NCBI RefSeq assembly: GCF_030452865.1
Contig: NZ_JAKDLJ010000001.1
Location: 1 to 58,179 of the forward strand
Direction of reading: 5' to 3'
From: Pseudorhodobacter sp.
GTDB lineage: Bacteria > Pseudomonadota > Alphaproteobacteria > Rhodobacterales > Rhodobacteraceae
Length of the DNA stretch: 58,179 bases
Positions 54,857 to 58,179 of this stretch are shown in pieces. The notes under the pieces are model-generated. The model searched no databases and was not told the DNA's origin. It was given only the letters and a program-made list of their open reading frames with translations. The translations under genes and the position numbers were made by a program. The first letter of the stretch is position 1. Each line of letters begins with the position of its first letter.

Positions 54857-57049
54857 ATGGCCCAAGCTGCCCAGAAGATCACCCTGTCGTCCTCACGGGA
54901 CATCCCCTTTGACAAACTGGTGCTGAGCCAGTCCAACGTCCGGCGCATCAAGGCCGGTGTGTCGATTGAAGAGTTGGCCGAGGACATCGCTCGTCGTGGC
55001 TTGTTGCAAGGCCTCAGCGTGCGGCCTGTGTTGGATGCCGTCGGCGTCGAGACCGGCAAGTTCGAGATCCCGGCTGGTGGCCGGCGGTTTCAGGCGCTGT
55101 CGTTGCTGGTGAAGCAGAAGCGGCTCGCGAAGACCGCGCCTGTGCCTTGTGTGTTGCGTGATGTGACATCAGATATTCTGGCCGAGGACGACTCCCTGGC
55201 TGAGAACATGCAGCGCGTTGCCTTGCATCCGCTCGATCAGTTTCGCGCCTTTGTTGCCTTGCGCGACAAGGGTCAGGGCGAGGAGGCGATCGCGGCGGCC
55301 TTCTTCGTGACGCCGCAGATCGTCAAGCAGCGGTTGAAACTTGCGTCTGTGGCCCCTGCCCTGCTCGAGGTCTATGCCGAGGATGGCATGACGCTGGAAC
55401 AGCTGATGGCTTTCACGGTGAACCCCGATCACGGGCGTCAAGTGCAGGTCTGGGACGCTGTGAAGAACTCCTGGAACAAAGAGCCCTATTCGATCCGTCG
55501 AATGTTGACCGAAACCTCTGTGCGGGCCTCGGATCGTCGCGCGGTATTTGTCGGTGTTGATGTCTATGAGGCGGCGGGTGGCGTTGTGATGCGCGATCTC
55601 TTCCAAGGCGATGATGGCGGTTGGTTGGAGAACCCTGCCCTGCTCGACCGTTTGGTCGCGGACAAGCTGCAAGTCGAGGCGCAGGCAATTGCTGGTGAGG
55701 GTTGGAAGTGGATCGAGGTGTCAACCGATCTGCCCTACGGCTATAGCCACGGTCTGCGGCGCCTGGTTGGTGAACCGACGTCGCTCAGCGTGGATGAAGC
55801 TGCAGAGCACGCCAAGCTGCTTTCGGAGTATCGCGCACTGGAAGAGGAATACTCTGGCCAGGACGAATACCCTGAGGAGATCGACGCCCGGCTCGGCGAG
55901 TTGGAAGCTGCCATGGAAGCCTTTGAGCAGCGTCCGCTGATCTTTGATGCGGCCGAGGTTGGTCGCGCCGGCGTCTTCGTGACGCTGGATCGCGATGGTG
56001 GCCTGGCTGTCCATCGCGGCTACGTCCGGCCGGAGGATGAGCCTCGTGAAGAGACCGTGGCCAACTTCGGCGATGAACTGGGTGTGGAAGGGCAGGGGGC
56101 TGATCGCAGTGTTTCCGCCTATCAGCTTCCCGCTGGCACATCTGCCGCCACCGTCATCACTTCCGGTGGCCAGCCGTTCAATGGCGGTCTTCCAGACGAT
56201 GAGGATGACGGCGCGTTGAAGGCCTTGCCGGAGCGTCTGGTCATGGAGTTGACCGCACATCGCACCCTCGCGTTGCGTGAGGCGATTGGGCGTTCGCCCG
56301 ACGTCGCCCTGACGCTGCTGCTGATGAAGTTGGTCAATGACACCTTCCGCAGTTCCGGGGCTTCGGGCAGTTGCTTGGAGGCTTCTGTGCGCCCCGTCTA
56401 CATGTCGGCACAGGCGACTGATCTGAAGGACAGTCCGGTGGCCAAGGCAGTGGACGATCGTCATGCTGCCTGGGAGGCCGATCTGCCGCTTGGCGACGAT
56501 GCCGTGCTCTGGGATTATCTCTCGGCCCTCGATCAGGCCACCCGACTAGCTCTGCTGGCGCATTGCCTGAGCTTCGGGATCAACGCGCTGCATGAGAAGG
56601 TGAACCCTTACGGCGCGGGCATCTCGGCCAGCGGGTTGACCCGCCGCATGGCGCAGTCCGAGATCGTGGCCCAAGCCGTCGACCTCGACTTGGTGGCGGC
56701 AGGCTGGGAGCCGACAGCGGATACCTATCTGAACCGGGTTCCCAAGGCGCGTATCCTTGAAGCGGTGCGTGAGGCGAAGGGGGAGGGCACCGCGCAGATG
56801 CTCGACCATCTGAAGAAGGGCGAGATGGCGACGGAAGCCGAGCGCTTGCTCAAGGGCAGCGGTTGGTTGCCGGAGGTTCTGCGGCGCAGTGATCTTGCCG
56901 CTCTGGACGGCGATGGCGCTGCAGAAGGGCAGGGGGCTTTGAGCGAAGAAGTCTTGGGCGATCAGGACAACGTCGAGGAAATCGACTTGCCCGCCTTCCT
57001 GATGGCCGATTTGCCCGTAGAAAGTACGGCAATGATGGCTGCGGAGTGA
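54857..57049 (+). CDS. Long ParB/Spo0J family protein (plasmid/ICE type)
   Basis: SQSNVRR, AGGRRF, SLAEN.QR..LHPLDQF, DLF..DDGG, WLPEVL. Confidence 0.88.
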   Translation: MAQAAQKITLSSSRDIPFDKLVLSQSNVRRIKAGVSIEELAEDIARRGLLQGLSVRPVLDAVGVETGKFEIPAGGRRFQALSLLVKQKRLAKTAPVPCVLRDVTSDILAEDDSLAENMQRVALHPLDQFRAFVALRDKGQGEEAIAAAFFVTPQIVKQRLKLASVAPALLEVYAEDGMTLEQLMAFTVNPDHGRQVQVWDAVKNSWNKEPYSIRRMLTETSVRASDRRAVFVGVDVYEAAGGVVMRDLFQGDDGGWLENPALLDRLVADKLQVEAQAIAGEGWKWIEVSTDLPYGYSHGLRRLVGEPTSLSVDEAAEHAKLLSEYRALEEEYSGQDEYPEEIDARLGELEAAMEAFEQRPLIFDAAEVGRAGVFVTLDRDGGLAVHRGYVRPEDEPREETVANFGDELGVEGQGADRSVSAYQLPAGTSAATVITSGGQPFNGGLPDDEDDGALKALPERLVMELTAHRTLALREAIGRSPDVALTLLLMKLVNDTFRSSGASGSCLEASVRPVYMSAQATDLKDSPVAKAVDDRHAAWEADLPLGDDAVLWDYLSALDQATRLALLAHCLSFGINALHEKVNPYGAGISASGLTRRMAQSEIVAQAVDLDLVAAGWEPTADTYLNRVPKARILEAVREAKGEGTAQMLDHLKKGEMATEAERLLKGSGWLPEVLRRSDLAALDGDGAAEGQGALSEEVLGDQDNVEEIDLPAFLMADLPVESTAMMAAE

Positions 57050-57061
57050 TCTGAGCCCCCG

Positions 57062-57082
57062 AGGGCGGGGAAACCCGCCCTG
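57062..57082 (+). terminator. GC hairpin after parB
   Basis: AGGGCGGG-GAAA-CCCGCCCT. Confidence 0.45.
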
Positions 57083-57148
57083 ATTCACTACAAAACACAA
57101 CAATATCAATATGATGAGTGCGAATTCTCGCATTCAGGATGAGGAATC

Positions 57149-57622
57149 ATGTCCGCAACCACGATAATCGACACAGCGCCTTTGGGCGCGCTCATTCGTT
57201 ACACCGACGGCAGTCCAAAGCCGCCTGCACGCTTCACCAAAAAGTTGGCGGCGTGGGAAAGGTCCAACGGTGTTGGCCGTCTGGTGAAGAAGGAACCGCC
57301 GCGGCCTTATCCGACCTGGACGGCTCCGGATTCCTTTACGCTGCATGAGGGCAACTTCTCCTCGGAAGGGGTCATCCTCGTTACCATCATGCGCAGCCAT
57401 TCGGTCGACAGCCAGCTCAACTTTGAGGTAGTCGAGGAGCCCAAGGCGGGGCAGGTTCGCGTGCTTCTGGACTTCGGTGGCAGTACAGAGCTTTTGCACC
57501 TGGCGTCATCCGTCGCAGCCGCCGAGCTTTGGATTGCCAAGGAGGGCTATCGCAACGCGCGGTTCGAGATCGTCGGAGCTGAGGACGACGATGGGGCAGG
57601 GGAGGAGGGTATCGCCGCCTGA
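57149..57622 (+). CDS. Hypothetical plasmid protein
   Basis: GAGGA RBS; 157 aa ORF between parB and parD. Confidence 0.7.
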   Translation: MSATTIIDTAPLGALIRYTDGSPKPPARFTKKLAAWERSNGVGRLVKKEPPRPYPTWTAPDSFTLHEGNFSSEGVILVTIMRSHSVDSQLNFEVVEEPKAGQVRVLLDFGGSTELLHLASSVAAAELWIAKEGYRNARFEIVGAEDDDGAGEEGIAA

Positions 57623-57728
57623 GGGGATTCATTTCTGGCTCGGCCACTGCCGTCTTGCGGTTTGGCCGAGCCTCTATCGACAGACAGGCGCCATTGGCAT
57701 ATATTGCCAACTAAATGGAGATCATGGC

Positions 57729-57989
57729 ATGGCCACCCGAAACGTTGTTCTGACAGAACCCCAATCAAAGCTGATCGACGATCTGGTTGCCTCGGGCCGT
57801 TACCAGAACGCCTCCGAGGCGTTGCGGGCTGGCTTGCGCTTGCTGGAGCGCGAAGAGGCCGAGTTCCGTGACCTGCGCTCACGGCTGACACGTGGCGTGC
57901 TTGAAGTCCGGGAGGGGGCTTTCGCGCGTGGATCGGGTGAAGAAGCAATCCGGCGGGTCTTTGCAACGGCGCAAAAGTCCGCATCCTGA
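57729..57989 (+). CDS. parD: ParD-family antitoxin (RHH)
   Basis: LVASGRYQNASEALRAGLRLLE. Confidence 0.88.
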   Translation: MATRNVVLTEPQSKLIDDLVASGRYQNASEALRAGLRLLEREEAEFRDLRSRLTRGVLEVREGAFARGSGEEAIRRVFATAQKSAS

Positions 57990-58179
57990 TGCCAAAACCA
58001 TGGGTGTTGACGCGGCAAGCAGAGGCCGCACTGAAAGATATCGCGGTCTGGACTGTTGAAACTTTTGGCAGGCGGCAGGCGGACGCTTATGCTGAAGACC
58101 TGATCGAAAAGTGCCAGGCACTGGCGGACGGTGCTGCACCTTCCAAAGACGGCCGTCGACTGGTTGATCCTGCGCTGCC
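57989..58179 (+). CDS. parE: ParE/RelE-family toxin (truncated by the window end)
   Basis: TGATG coupling; LTRQAEAALKDIAVWTVETFGRRQADAY. Confidence 0.85.
   Translation, partial: MPKPWVLTRQAEAALKDIAVWTVETFGRRQADAYAEDLIEKCQALADGAAPSKDGRRLVDPAL

Overview
GC-rich alphaproteobacterial DNA (Rhodobacteraceae-like by gene content; inference) from a repABC plasmid. The left end (1-6.2 kb) holds the start of a VirB-type T4SS (virB4, virB3, virB2, lytic transglycosylase), secreted hypothetical proteins and an HTH protein. The centre (~6.3-48.4 kb) is a ~42 kb multi-metal island with no transposase that I could recognise. It carries CusBA-type RND efflux; a MerR(Zn/Cd/Pb-type)/ZntA-like ATPase operon with lspA, a frameshifted dsbB and dsbA; an MntR / two-domain multicopper oxidase / ZIP unit; lnt; SCO-PCuAC-SCO-M23-DUF411; a CutO-like oxidase; a CueR-box operon running from an L,D-transpeptidase through cytochromes c and an MsrQ-like protein to PBP2; CopB, DUF305, CopZ, CopA and CueR; and a B12-riboswitch cbtBA. 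The right end has a DUF1612-like gene, a serine resolvase, repABC (two parS-like palindromes, ctRNA signals), a long ParB and parDE. The most notable hidden pattern is four dissimilar ~100-125 aa leader ORFs sharing one architecture: signal peptide, Cys/His motif, 41-50 aa spacer, terminal PP[R/K]. They resemble the CutF/CruR copper-sensing ribosome-arrest peptides. They sit in front of the oxidase, the Cus pump, a cytochrome-PBP2 operon and an L,D-transpeptidase operon. Together with the MerR-type operators this suggests a metal-inducible cell-envelope backup system (peptidoglycan transpeptidases, lipoprotein maturation, thiol redox). All calls come from reading motifs by eye; no database searches were run.
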